A stretch of 64,000 nucleotides of DNA from an uncultured Lentisphaeraceae bacterium (lineage in GTDB: Bacteria > Verrucomicrobiota > Kiritimatiellia > RFP12 > UBA1067), in assembly GCA_964386385.1 (NCBI GenBank), contig CAYLRN010000009.1:28488-92487 (forward strand). Direction: 5' to 3'. The notes under the pieces are model-generated. The model searched no databases. It saw only the letters and a program-made list of their open reading frames with translations, and was not told the origin of the DNA. This document shows, piece after piece, positions 1-7,902 of this stretch. Every line of letters starts with the position of its first letter. Position 1 is the first letter of the stretch. Both the position numbers and the translations under genes were made by a program.

Positions 1-7
1 CGTCCGC

Positions 8-3000
8 GTGGCGGACGGCGCCGCCGGAATGTACGACCTGTCGGCCGGCGCATTCCTCACGAACGCCTCGTCCGCCGGCGCGTTCACGGCAGGGCCGTAC
101 GCGTACAGGCGCGAACTTGCCGTCGCGACCATCGCCGCGCAGCCGTGGGACGGAGCGAACGCGGTCCGCCCCGAACTCGTCGTCGTCGACCGCGCCACGG
201 GCGCGGCCCTGGCGGAAGACGAGGACTACTCGCTTGCGTTCAGCGGCAACGACGCCGTAGGCACGGCCGCGGTCGTCGTGACCGGCCTCGGACTGTACGC
301 CGGCTCCGCCGCGACGAATTCCTTCGCCGTCTACCGCGCCGGCGGCGCGTTCACCTACGCAAGCTGGAACGTGGACGGCTTCAAGTCCGGCCCGACGGCG
401 AGCGGAGAGATCCGCTGGGAGTGGACCGAGACGTATGCGGCCTGTGAATCCTACCGGACGTTCCTGGCCTCGCTCGGCGCCGACTGGCTTGGCGTCGACG
501 ACAGCGTCTACAACTTCCTTTACGCCGGCTGGTCGCAGATCGGGTCGCGCTGGGGCATTTTCCTCGACTATCCGCAGACGACGCTGGGCGACGAGGACGG
601 GACGATTCCGCGCGCGACGTTCTGTACCGGCCGCTTCGACGTCCTTTCGTCCAACGTCGTGGAGGACTGCGCGCTTGAGCAGCGCGTGAGGGTGGACGGA
701 CTGTACGAGGCGGTGTTCGTGAACGTCCGCCTCTCCGAAGGCGCCGCGACGCGCAACGCCCAGATCTCCGCGCTTGCGACCCGCTATGCCGACGAGCCGC
801 GCGTCGTCCTCTCCGGCGACTTCTGCACGGGGTGCGCAGACCTTGACGGGACGACGCGCACGGACTGGGCGGCGCTGGACCCGCTTGTGGAGGCCGGCTT
901 CCGCCTTGCGAACGTCTCCGAGCCGATGTCCCCGGTCTGGAAGCGCGCCACGCCGCGCTTCGCCTCCACGCACGTCGCCACGAAGGGCTTTGCCGTCTCG
1001 GACGTCGCGGTGCGCGAGCCGTTCGCGTCCGAGGGCGACGCCTACGGACTGAGCGACGAATGCGCGCTCGTCTGCACGCTCTCCCCGCTTGCGGAAGGGC
1101 GCGTGATGCGTCCGTCCAACCCAGTGCCGCAGACCTACACGGGCGCGGCTCTGACGCCCGTGGTGACGGCGGACGCCGCCTATGCCGTCGCCGCGCCCGC
1201 GAACGCGGTGGACGCGGGAGAATACCCCGTCGTCGTGTCGCTCAGGGACAAGACGGCTACGGCGTGGGACGACGGCACGACCGACGACCTGACGCTGGCG
1301 TTCACGGTCGAGAAGGCGGCCAACGCCTGGAAGACGCTGCCGTCCGTCTCGTCCACGCTCTGGGAGCGTCGCGACGGCCCGGCGGGGACGGTTTCGCAGG
1401 GCGAGGGCGTATTCGGCGGAGCGTCCACGTGCAGCCACGTGGACGCGCAGCTGGCCGCGCTCACGAAGGGAACGCACCGGATCGTCTTCACCGTGCCGGA
1501 GACGCCGAACTACGCAGGGCTCGAGTACTCTGTGGACGTCACGGTGACGGAGACGTTCCGCACGACGGTCTCCGCCGACGGCGCGACGGCGGACGTGCAG
1601 TTCAGGCATTCCGACAAGCCGAGAAAGCTCTATCTCGTCTACGGCTTCACCGACGGCGGGAACGCGACGTCCGCGTGGGACCGCGTCGTCTGCGTGGGCG
1701 ACGTCGCGCCCGGCGTGACGGAGTGGACGGGAATAGAACTTCCCGACACCATCGGCTACGAGCATCCGAACTGGCGCTTCCTAGTCTCCGGCGACTACGG
1801 CAGCGAGTCGTACGCGATGGACGGCCTGATTGCGCAGTGGGACGCGGAGGAGAACGCCGGTCGCGGCGTCCACGCCGAATCGCCCGGGACGTGGGCTGAA
1901 CTCGTGAACGCGACGCCGATCGCGTGGACGGGTTCGCCGGTCTACGGCGAGAATGGCGTGAAGATGAACGGCGCGTTCTTCGAGGCGACGCTTGCCGGCG
2001 CGGCGGACGCAATCAACGCCAAGTCCCTCACCGTCCAGGTGATGATGCGTCCCGACTCCGTCGAAGCCTGGGATTGGTACCAGGGCGTCTTCCAGTTCGG
2101 CCCCGGAGGCTCCAACCGCCAGCTGATCCTCGACACGCGCCAGCAGAGCAAGGTCGGGCAGGGGCTGTACACGTTCGGCGGCCTTCAGTACCGCGAAAGC
2201 GGATGGAACGGACGCAGCGTCGTCTCGACGCCGAACTGGTACTTCTGCACGAACGTGCTCGTCACCGTCACGGTTGACGCGAACGGCGCACACCTCTGGT
2301 TCGATGGCGCGTCCGCGCCCGCGTTCACGACCGTCGGCGGCGGCGTGGCTGCGACGAGCGACCTCTTCACCTTCGGCAAGTACATCAGCAACAAGACCTA
2401 TCCGATGACCGTGCACTCGATTCGCATCTACGACCGTGCGCTCACGGCGGCGGAGGTCGCCGCGAACTACGCCGTCGACGCGGACCGGTTCGACGGACGC
2501 TTCGTCGAGGCTGGCGGACTCCAGACGGCGACGCGGCCCGTCCAGGCGGAAGTCCATGGTGGCGCGTGGGCGGACGTCCGCTTCACGGCCATGTCCCGTC
2601 CGCGGAAGCTCTGGTTCGCCTGGGGCGCCAGGGACGCGGGCGCGCAGACGAACGGCTGGGCCGGCGCCGCATTCGTGGCGGACGTCCCGGCGGGCGTGTC
2701 CTCCTTTGAGCGCCTTGCCCTTCCGGCCGCGTCGCGCGGAGCCGGCTGTGGACGCTTCCTCCTGTGCAATGCTGAATATCTTTCGTCCGACTACGCGATG
2801 GACGGTCTCCTTGCGCAGTGGGACGGAATCGACAACGCGGCGCGGAACGTCCACGAGAGCAGCCCGACCTCGTGGGTCGACCTCGTCGGCGGCCGGGCGA
2901 TGGACGTCTACGGAACGCCGGCGTTCGGCGAGAAGTCGGTCCGCAATGGCGTGGACTCGTATTTCCAGACGACAGTCACGGGCGTGGCAGACGCGATCAA

Positions 3001-3547
3001 CGCCGAATCGTTTACCGTGCAGGTGATGATGCGTCCGGACACGGGCGCCTGGGAAAAATATCAGGGCGTCTTCCAGTTCGGCCCCGGAGGCTCCAACCGC
3101 CAGCTGATCCTCGACACGCGCCAGCAGAGCAAGGTCGGGCAGGGGCTGTACACGTTCGGCGGCCTTCAGTACCGCGAAAGCGGATGGAACGGACGCAGCG
3201 TCGTCTCGACGCCGAACTGGTACTTCTGCACGAACGTGCTCGTCACCGTCACGGTTGACGCGAACGGCGCACACCTCTGGTTCGATGGCGCGTCCGCGCC
3301 CGCGTTCACGACCGTCGGCGGCGGCGTGGCTGCGACGAGCGACCTCTTCACCTTTGGCAAGTACATCGGCAACGCCTCGTACCCGATGACGGCATACGCG
3401 ATACGCATCTACGGCCGGACGCTCACGGCGGAGGAGATCGCCGCCAGCCACGCCGTCGACGCCGTCCGCTTCCTCGACGCAGAGCCGCCGTGGCAGGCCT
3501 CCGCGCCGCTGGAGATTGCCGCGCCCACGCTTATCATCTTCAGGTAG
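8..3547 (+). CDS. Giant secreted protein with tandem LamG-like (concanavalin A-like lectin/Laminin_G_3) modules; 5'-partial (frame is open to the window start)
   Basis: The 1179-aa ORF has no upstream stop in frame. Two ~330-aa modules (about 1795-2434 and 2787-3390) carry LamG_3-like motifs (FTVQVMMRP...WYFCTNVLVTVTVDANGAHLWFDGAS...IRIYxRxLTAxEI). The 3' halves of the modules are identical at DNA level. The stop TAG lies inside a REP-like repeat. Confidence 0.6.
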   Translation: MADGAAGMYDLSAGAFLTNASSAGAFTAGPYAYRRELAVATIAAQPWDGANAVRPELVVVDRATGAALAEDEDYSLAFSGNDAVGTAAVVVTGLGLYAGSAATNSFAVYRAGGAFTYASWNVDGFKSGPTASGEIRWEWTETYAACESYRTFLASLGADWLGVDDSVYNFLYAGWSQIGSRWGIFLDYPQTTLGDEDGTIPRATFCTGRFDVLSSNVVEDCALEQRVRVDGLYEAVFVNVRLSEGAATRNAQISALATRYADEPRVVLSGDFCTGCADLDGTTRTDWAALDPLVEAGFRLANVSEPMSPVWKRATPRFASTHVATKGFAVSDVAVREPFASEGDAYGLSDECALVCTLSPLAEGRVMRPSNPVPQTYTGAALTPVVTADAAYAVAAPANAVDAGEYPVVVSLRDKTATAWDDGTTDDLTLAFTVEKAANAWKTLPSVSSTLWERRDGPAGTVSQGEGVFGGASTCSHVDAQLAALTKGTHRIVFTVPETPNYAGLEYSVDVTVTETFRTTVSADGATADVQFRHSDKPRKLYLVYGFTDGGNATSAWDRVVCVGDVAPGVTEWTGIELPDTIGYEHPNWRFLVSGDYGSESYAMDGLIAQWDAEENAGRGVHAESPGTWAELVNATPIAWTGSPVYGENGVKMNGAFFEATLAGAADAINAKSLTVQVMMRPDSVEAWDWYQGVFQFGPGGSNRQLILDTRQQSKVGQGLYTFGGLQYRESGWNGRSVVSTPNWYFCTNVLVTVTVDANGAHLWFDGASAPAFTTVGGGVAATSDLFTFGKYISNKTYPMTVHSIRIYDRALTAAEVAANYAVDADRFDGRFVEAGGLQTATRPVQAEVHGGAWADVRFTAMSRPRKLWFAWGARDAGAQTNGWAGAAFVADVPAGVSSFERLALPAASRGAGCGRFLLCNAEYLSSDYAMDGLLAQWDGIDNAARNVHESSPTSWVDLVGGRAMDVYGTPAFGEKSVRNGVDSYFQTTVTGVADAINAESFTVQVMMRPDTGAWEKYQGVFQFGPGGSNRQLILDTRQQSKVGQGLYTFGGLQYRESGWNGRSVVSTPNWYFCTNVLVTVTVDANGAHLWFDGASAPAFTTVGGGVAATSDLFTFGKYIGNASYPMTAYAIRIYGRTLTAEEIAASHAVDAVRFLDAEPPWQASAPLEIAAPTLIIFR
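2071..2372 (+). repeat. Intragenic perfect direct repeat, copy A (~300 bp) inside the LamG-module gene
   Basis: By eye, identical nucleotide for nucleotide to 3063-3364. The flanks are only ~70-75% identical. Confidence 0.8.
3063..3364 (+). repeat. Intragenic perfect direct repeat, copy B
   Basis: Same string as 2071-2372 (offset 992 bp, in frame). Confidence 0.8.
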
Positions 3548-3990
3548 GGCGCGACGTACATGCGGCCGGAATGTCTCATGGACAGGCGTTTTCCGGGAGG
3601 GCGGATGTCCTCGTCCGCCGCCATTGACGAAACGGCGTACCGATTGGGCTTCTGCCTTGCCATTTGGCAGGCAGGACGCTGCACCGCTTTTACCCACGCA
3701 TTGGGAGGGGCGCGCTCCTGCGCGACCGAAACCATGCGGCGGCGGACGCGCAGGAGCGCGTCCCTCCCATGTGCGCAGACGACGGCGGTCGCGGGGCGAC
3801 CGCCCTACCGAATTGCCCTTTAACCGCATTTTCGCCCACAACGGCGGACGGGGACGTCCGCCCTCCCGATGAAAAGGCATAATGGTAGGGCGGGGCGTCC
3901 CGCCCCGCCGATGCGGATGCGCAGAAGCGCGTCCCTCCCATGCGTGGACGAATGCGGCGCGACGGGACGTCGCGCCCTACCGAATTCGGC
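3545..3990. repeat. Composite array of GC-rich palindromic REP/BIME-like units (families A, B and D)
   Basis: Family A units GGTAGGGCGGGGCGTCCCGCCCCGCC (3884-3909) and the inverted variant GGCGCGACGGGACGTCGCGCCCTACC (3956-3981), plus a partial unit at 3545. Family B inverted pair GGGAGGGGCGCGCTCCTGCGCG / CGCGCAGGAGCGCGTCCCTCCC (3703-3770). Family D GGGAGGGCGGATGTCCTCGTCCGCCG (3596-3621). Confidence 0.75.
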
Positions 3991-4130
3991 CGCAATACCG
4001 CCTGATTGCTTGTGTGGCGGATGAGGACGTCCCTTCTTCCGTGGAATGCCAGCATCGGCGTTCTCAAACGGCAAAAAAAAACGCGGCGCGCCCGATTTGG
4101 ACGAAAGCCGCTTCCATGTTTCCCGCCAGA

Positions 4131-4207
4131 TGGTGGAGAAGAAGAGATTCGAACTCTCGACCCCCACGTTGCGAACGTGATGCTCTACCAACTGAGCTAC
4201 TTCCCCA
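4131..4207 (-). tRNA. tRNA-Ala (anticodon CGC)
   Basis: The reverse complement folds as a cloverleaf: acceptor GGGGAAG/CTTCTCC with the G3:U70 alanine identity pair, D arm GCTC-AGTTGGTA-GAGC, anticodon stem TCACG/CGTGG with loop TTCGCAA, T arm GAGAG-TTCGAAT-CTCTT, encoded CCA. Confidence 0.8.
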
Positions 4208-4314
4208 GTGGCGGAAACGCGACAAAGTATATCATATCGCCCCGCCTCGCGCAAGGGGGGGTACGAAAAAAAGTCAGGCGGACTCCTGTCAGTCGGTCAA
4301 GGGACTCCGCTCGG

Positions 4315-4345
4315 TTGACATCGGGAAAAAAAAAACGGATATAAT
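4315..4345 (+). promoter_or_regulatory. Sigma70-like promoter TTGACA-19-TATAAT upstream of the PATR/PA14 protein gene
   Basis: TTGACA at 4315-4320 and TATAAT at 4340-4345. Both hexamers are perfect but the spacer is 19 nt. Confidence 0.4.
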
Positions 4346-4389
4346 GTGCGCATTCTGGGCTACCTATCATGCAAAGCGGAGAACGGACG

Positions 4390-7300
4390 ATGGACTTGGC
4401 CAACTGGATGGCGCGAATCAGATTGATTGCGGTCGTGTGCGCCGCCGCCCTGTGCGGGGCGGCGGCGGGCGCGACGCGGACGTACGTGGCGGCGCAGACG
4501 GTGTCCGACGTGCTGTCGGGCGACGACTCGGTCGTCGTCGACTGCGGCAAAGGCAATTTCGTCTCCTTCACGGGCGCGAACACGTTCACGGGCGGCACTA
4601 CGATCCTCTCCGGCGGCGTGATCGTCTCGAACGCCACCGCCCTCGGCACTGGCGCGATCTCCTGTGCGAGCGGCGCTGCCGTGCGCGTGTGCGTGAGCTA
4701 TCGCGATTCGGGGCGGACGCTCAACGCCGCCGTGATCGACCGCATCCGCGTGGCGGAGCCGGAAGGGGAGGGCGAGCCGCATGTCGCATTCCAGCTGACG
4801 GGGGCGGGGCTCTCCAACGACGTGGACTTCTCGCGCCAGCCGTACCTCTGGCTGAGCGCGCCCTGCGGGAACAACGTCGAGGGACGGCTTGCGGGCGTCT
4901 TCGAGCCGTACGGCGACGTCTACAAGATGGGCTACTCCGGCGAGACCGGATGGCAGGCGCAGGGGCTGTGCGTGACGAACCTGGCGGACGCGGCGGACGA
5001 GACGCCGCGCCGCGTGCTGTTGCGCGGGACGGGCACGACTACGTTCAGGGAGACGAAGCACTCATTTTCCGGCGGAATCGTCGTCGAGGGCCCTGCGCGT
5101 CTCGCCGTCTGGAGCGGAAGCGGCTGTCTGGGCACGGGCGTCGCGAAGTGTCCGACGGAGTTCATCGCATTGCGCAACGGCGCCGGGCTCAACTTCAAGA
5201 ACTACGGACAGGTGTTCAAGGCCGACGTGGCGATCCGCGTGGAGGGGACGAACGACTTCCACTCGTGCGGCGCGAGCAAGTCCGTCTATTCGACGGTGAA
5301 GGGACCGGTAACCGGCTGGGGCGAGATCCGGCTGACCGACCAGGGCGGACTGTGGTTCACGAGCGCAAGCAACACGTTCACGGGCGTTTTGCGCGTGACT
5401 AACGGACATGCCACCTACGACGGCGAGATCCGCATCGGAGACGGCGAGAACTGCAGCTGGGCGGGAACCGAAATCGTCCAGCCCGACCGCACCAACGTCG
5501 TCTTCTCTGTCAACTGCACCTCCGACTTCACCCTCGGCGCAGCGCTTTCGGCGACGGGCGGGCGTTTCACCAAGTACGGGCGGGGAACGCTTACGTTCGC
5601 CAGGCCGTTCTCCCGCCAGCCATTTGCGGCGCATCCCGACGCGGCGGTCATGCGCATGGAGGGCGGCACGGTCAGGCTCTTGCATCCGTGGAACGTCGAG
5701 CGCGGCGGCGTTGTCGACTTCAAGAACGGCGCGATCCTGGACCTGAACGGGACGGCGTCCTCTTCCCTGCCTCTGCCATGCGGCGTGGGCGCAATCGTCA
5801 ACCCGCCGGCCGGCGGCGTGACGCTGACGGGCATGGCGCGGGAAGGGTCGGGCTTCAACGGAAGGCTGGAGGGCGACGTGTCCGCGAACGTCGCGTCCGG
5901 ACCCGCATGGCAGCTCGGCTCCGACGCGGAGATGGCGGGACGCCTTAAAGTCCTTTCGGGAGATGTCAAGTTCGTGGATGGTGCGCGGGTGCGCGGGTAC
6001 GAAGCCGGAGCGTCCACGCGGACGCGCTTCCTGGGCGCCGACAAGGCGCGGCAGACCGGACTGAATCTGGAGATCTGGGAGAACGCCGTCGACATGAACG
6101 TGGGTGTGGCCCAGGCCATGGACGACGCCATCGCCCGCATGGCGGCCGCGGCGCCCGACGTCGTCACCGACATGGCGGCGTTCACGGAAGGGTTCAAGAG
6201 CGGCGAGAACGACAGCGCGGGCGGCAACAAGGGGCCGTTCTCCGACGTGCTGGGCGGGTCGAAGGACTGCTTCCTCGCGAAGTTCAGCGGTTTCTTCGCC
6301 GCCGAAACGGCGGGGACGTACCAGTTCCGCATTCGGGCGGACGACGCGGCGCGGCTGATCATGGACTCCACGAACGTCGTCGTCGAGGTGGCGGCGGGCG
6401 ACGGTTCCGCCAAGGCCGTCGGCGCGGCAGACCTGTCTGAAGGGCGCCATCCGATGACCGTCTGGTTCTGCGAACGCGGCGGATGGGAGATTCTGTGGGT
6501 GGAGATGAAGGCTCCGGGCGAAACGGACTTCTCACCGGTGCCGCTGCGCGTCCTCTCCGCCTGGAACGGACGGCACACGGACCTGGGGCCGGTCACGGGA
6601 GCCGGCGCTTTGGAACTCGGCGCGGCGGGGGCCGTCTGGCCGGACGCGCTCGACCTCTCCGCGTTCGAGGGGCGGCTGCTCGCCAACGCCCACACGGCCT
6701 CGCCGTCGTGCGGGTCCGTCACGCCCGTGTCCACGCCCATTTGCTTCGTCAGCCCCAGGGGGCTTTTCGGCGGCGTCGACTGGGCGATGCTGGGACAGGC
6801 GACGCCGATATTGGATTCGGCGACTTCGGCGGTCGACCTTATTCCCGACGCGCAGACGAACGCCTACGGGTCGCTGAACACCGCGGAAGCGCTCGACCTC
6901 GCCCGGCCGTTCACGTTCTCGTTCGACTTTTCCGTCCACGAGCCGTGGGGCGCATGCGGCGACGGCTTCTGCCTTGTGCTGCACGACGGCAGGACCGGCT
7001 ACGCGAACGGCACGTTCTCCTTCGGCGAGGAGTGGATGCGCATCAACGACGCAAGCGCCTACGGAATGCAGTTCTACATGATGCCGGGGTCGTCCATCTT
7101 CGCCTGGGTCAAGGACAGGATGCGTCTCGGCGCGACTGCGACGAACACGGTCTTCACCATGGAGGCCGTCAAGACGAAGCCCATGCACGTGGACTTCCTC
7201 TGGGACCTGACGAACCTCGTTGTGCGCCTTGAAAGGGGGGCGGACGTCTGGACGTCGACGAACGCGCAGGCGGCGGCCGACATCGCGGAGAGGTTTCCGT

Positions 7301-7836
7301 CGGGGGCGTACCTTGGCGTCTGGGGGCAGTGTGGCGGATTCTACACCGGGATGCGGCTGGGCAATATCGTGCTGGACGTGTCCGGCGGGGACGCTGACGT
7401 CTGCACGTTCAACGGCGTGCTGGGCGTGACGAACGGCACGTCGTCCGTCTTCGTCGAGGCCGGCGTGGCGGCGCGTCTGGCGGCGCGGCTTGACGTCGTG
7501 GGCGCGGGCGGGCTTTCGGTGGCGGACGGATCCGAGGTGGCGATGGCGTCGTCCGCCTGGGCGTTCGGCCTTGCGAATCCCGAATCCATGCTGACGCTCT
7601 CCGGCGCGTTCACGTTCCCGGACGTTTCGGCGGTCTCGCCAATCGAGGTTGAGCTGACGGGTGACGTGCCGCCCCGGCGGCGGACGCTTGCGGACCTGCG
7701 CGGCGTCGCGGACGGCGCGGCGGACGGCCTCGTCTTCCGCCTCTCCGATGGCAGCCCCGCCTCCTGGCGGCTTGAGTGGTCCGGCGGCCTCCTGCGCGTT
7801 TCCGACAGCGTGGGCACGCTGATCGTTTTCCGCTAG
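4390..7836 (+). CDS. Giant secreted adhesin-like protein: signal peptide, PATR (autotransporter-associated beta-strand) repeats, a PA14 domain and a C-terminal lectin/LamG-like domain
   Basis: N-terminus MDLANWMARIRLIAVVCAAALCGAAAGA. PATR-like TFTGGTTILSGGVIVSNATALGTGAIS. PA14-like FLAKFSGFFAAETAGTYQFRIRADDAARLIMD (about 6250-6550). Lectin-like FTFSFDFSVHEPWGACGDGFCLVLHDG. Ends with TLIVFR. Confidence 0.6.
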   Translation: MDLANWMARIRLIAVVCAAALCGAAAGATRTYVAAQTVSDVLSGDDSVVVDCGKGNFVSFTGANTFTGGTTILSGGVIVSNATALGTGAISCASGAAVRVCVSYRDSGRTLNAAVIDRIRVAEPEGEGEPHVAFQLTGAGLSNDVDFSRQPYLWLSAPCGNNVEGRLAGVFEPYGDVYKMGYSGETGWQAQGLCVTNLADAADETPRRVLLRGTGTTTFRETKHSFSGGIVVEGPARLAVWSGSGCLGTGVAKCPTEFIALRNGAGLNFKNYGQVFKADVAIRVEGTNDFHSCGASKSVYSTVKGPVTGWGEIRLTDQGGLWFTSASNTFTGVLRVTNGHATYDGEIRIGDGENCSWAGTEIVQPDRTNVVFSVNCTSDFTLGAALSATGGRFTKYGRGTLTFARPFSRQPFAAHPDAAVMRMEGGTVRLLHPWNVERGGVVDFKNGAILDLNGTASSSLPLPCGVGAIVNPPAGGVTLTGMAREGSGFNGRLEGDVSANVASGPAWQLGSDAEMAGRLKVLSGDVKFVDGARVRGYEAGASTRTRFLGADKARQTGLNLEIWENAVDMNVGVAQAMDDAIARMAAAAPDVVTDMAAFTEGFKSGENDSAGGNKGPFSDVLGGSKDCFLAKFSGFFAAETAGTYQFRIRADDAARLIMDSTNVVVEVAAGDGSAKAVGAADLSEGRHPMTVWFCERGGWEILWVEMKAPGETDFSPVPLRVLSAWNGRHTDLGPVTGAGALELGAAGAVWPDALDLSAFEGRLLANAHTASPSCGSVTPVSTPICFVSPRGLFGGVDWAMLGQATPILDSATSAVDLIPDAQTNAYGSLNTAEALDLARPFTFSFDFSVHEPWGACGDGFCLVLHDGRTGYANGTFSFGEEWMRINDASAYGMQFYMMPGSSIFAWVKDRMRLGATATNTVFTMEAVKTKPMHVDFLWDLTNLVVRLERGADVWTSTNAQAAADIAERFPSGAYLGVWGQCGGFYTGMRLGNIVLDVSGGDADVCTFNGVLGVTNGTSSVFVEAGVAARLAARLDVVGAGGLSVADGSEVAMASSAWAFGLANPESMLTLSGAFTFPDVSAVSPIEVELTGDVPPRRRTLADLRGVADGAADGLVFRLSDGSPASWRLEWSGGLLRVSDSVGTLIVFR

Positions 7837-7902
7837 GCCGCTGAACCTTTTCCGCCTTCTCCTCGTTGAATCGTCTGAATTCAGCGAACTGGAAAGACGG
7901 AA

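Noticed and set aside
2071-3364. Diversity-generating retroelement (template/variable repeat) hypothesis for the identical 300-bp pair
   Set aside because: No reverse transcriptase or accessory gene is present in the window. The two copies are 100% identical rather than differing at adenines. The flanks diverge at all base types. Gene conversion between tandem domains explains it better.
1781-3880. 699-aa ORF on the minus strand with its own internal repeat
   Set aside because: It lies entirely antisense to the LamG-repeat gene, is extremely Arg/Ala/Gly-rich as expected for out-of-frame GC-rich DNA, and its internal repeat is just the mirror of the sense-strand duplication.
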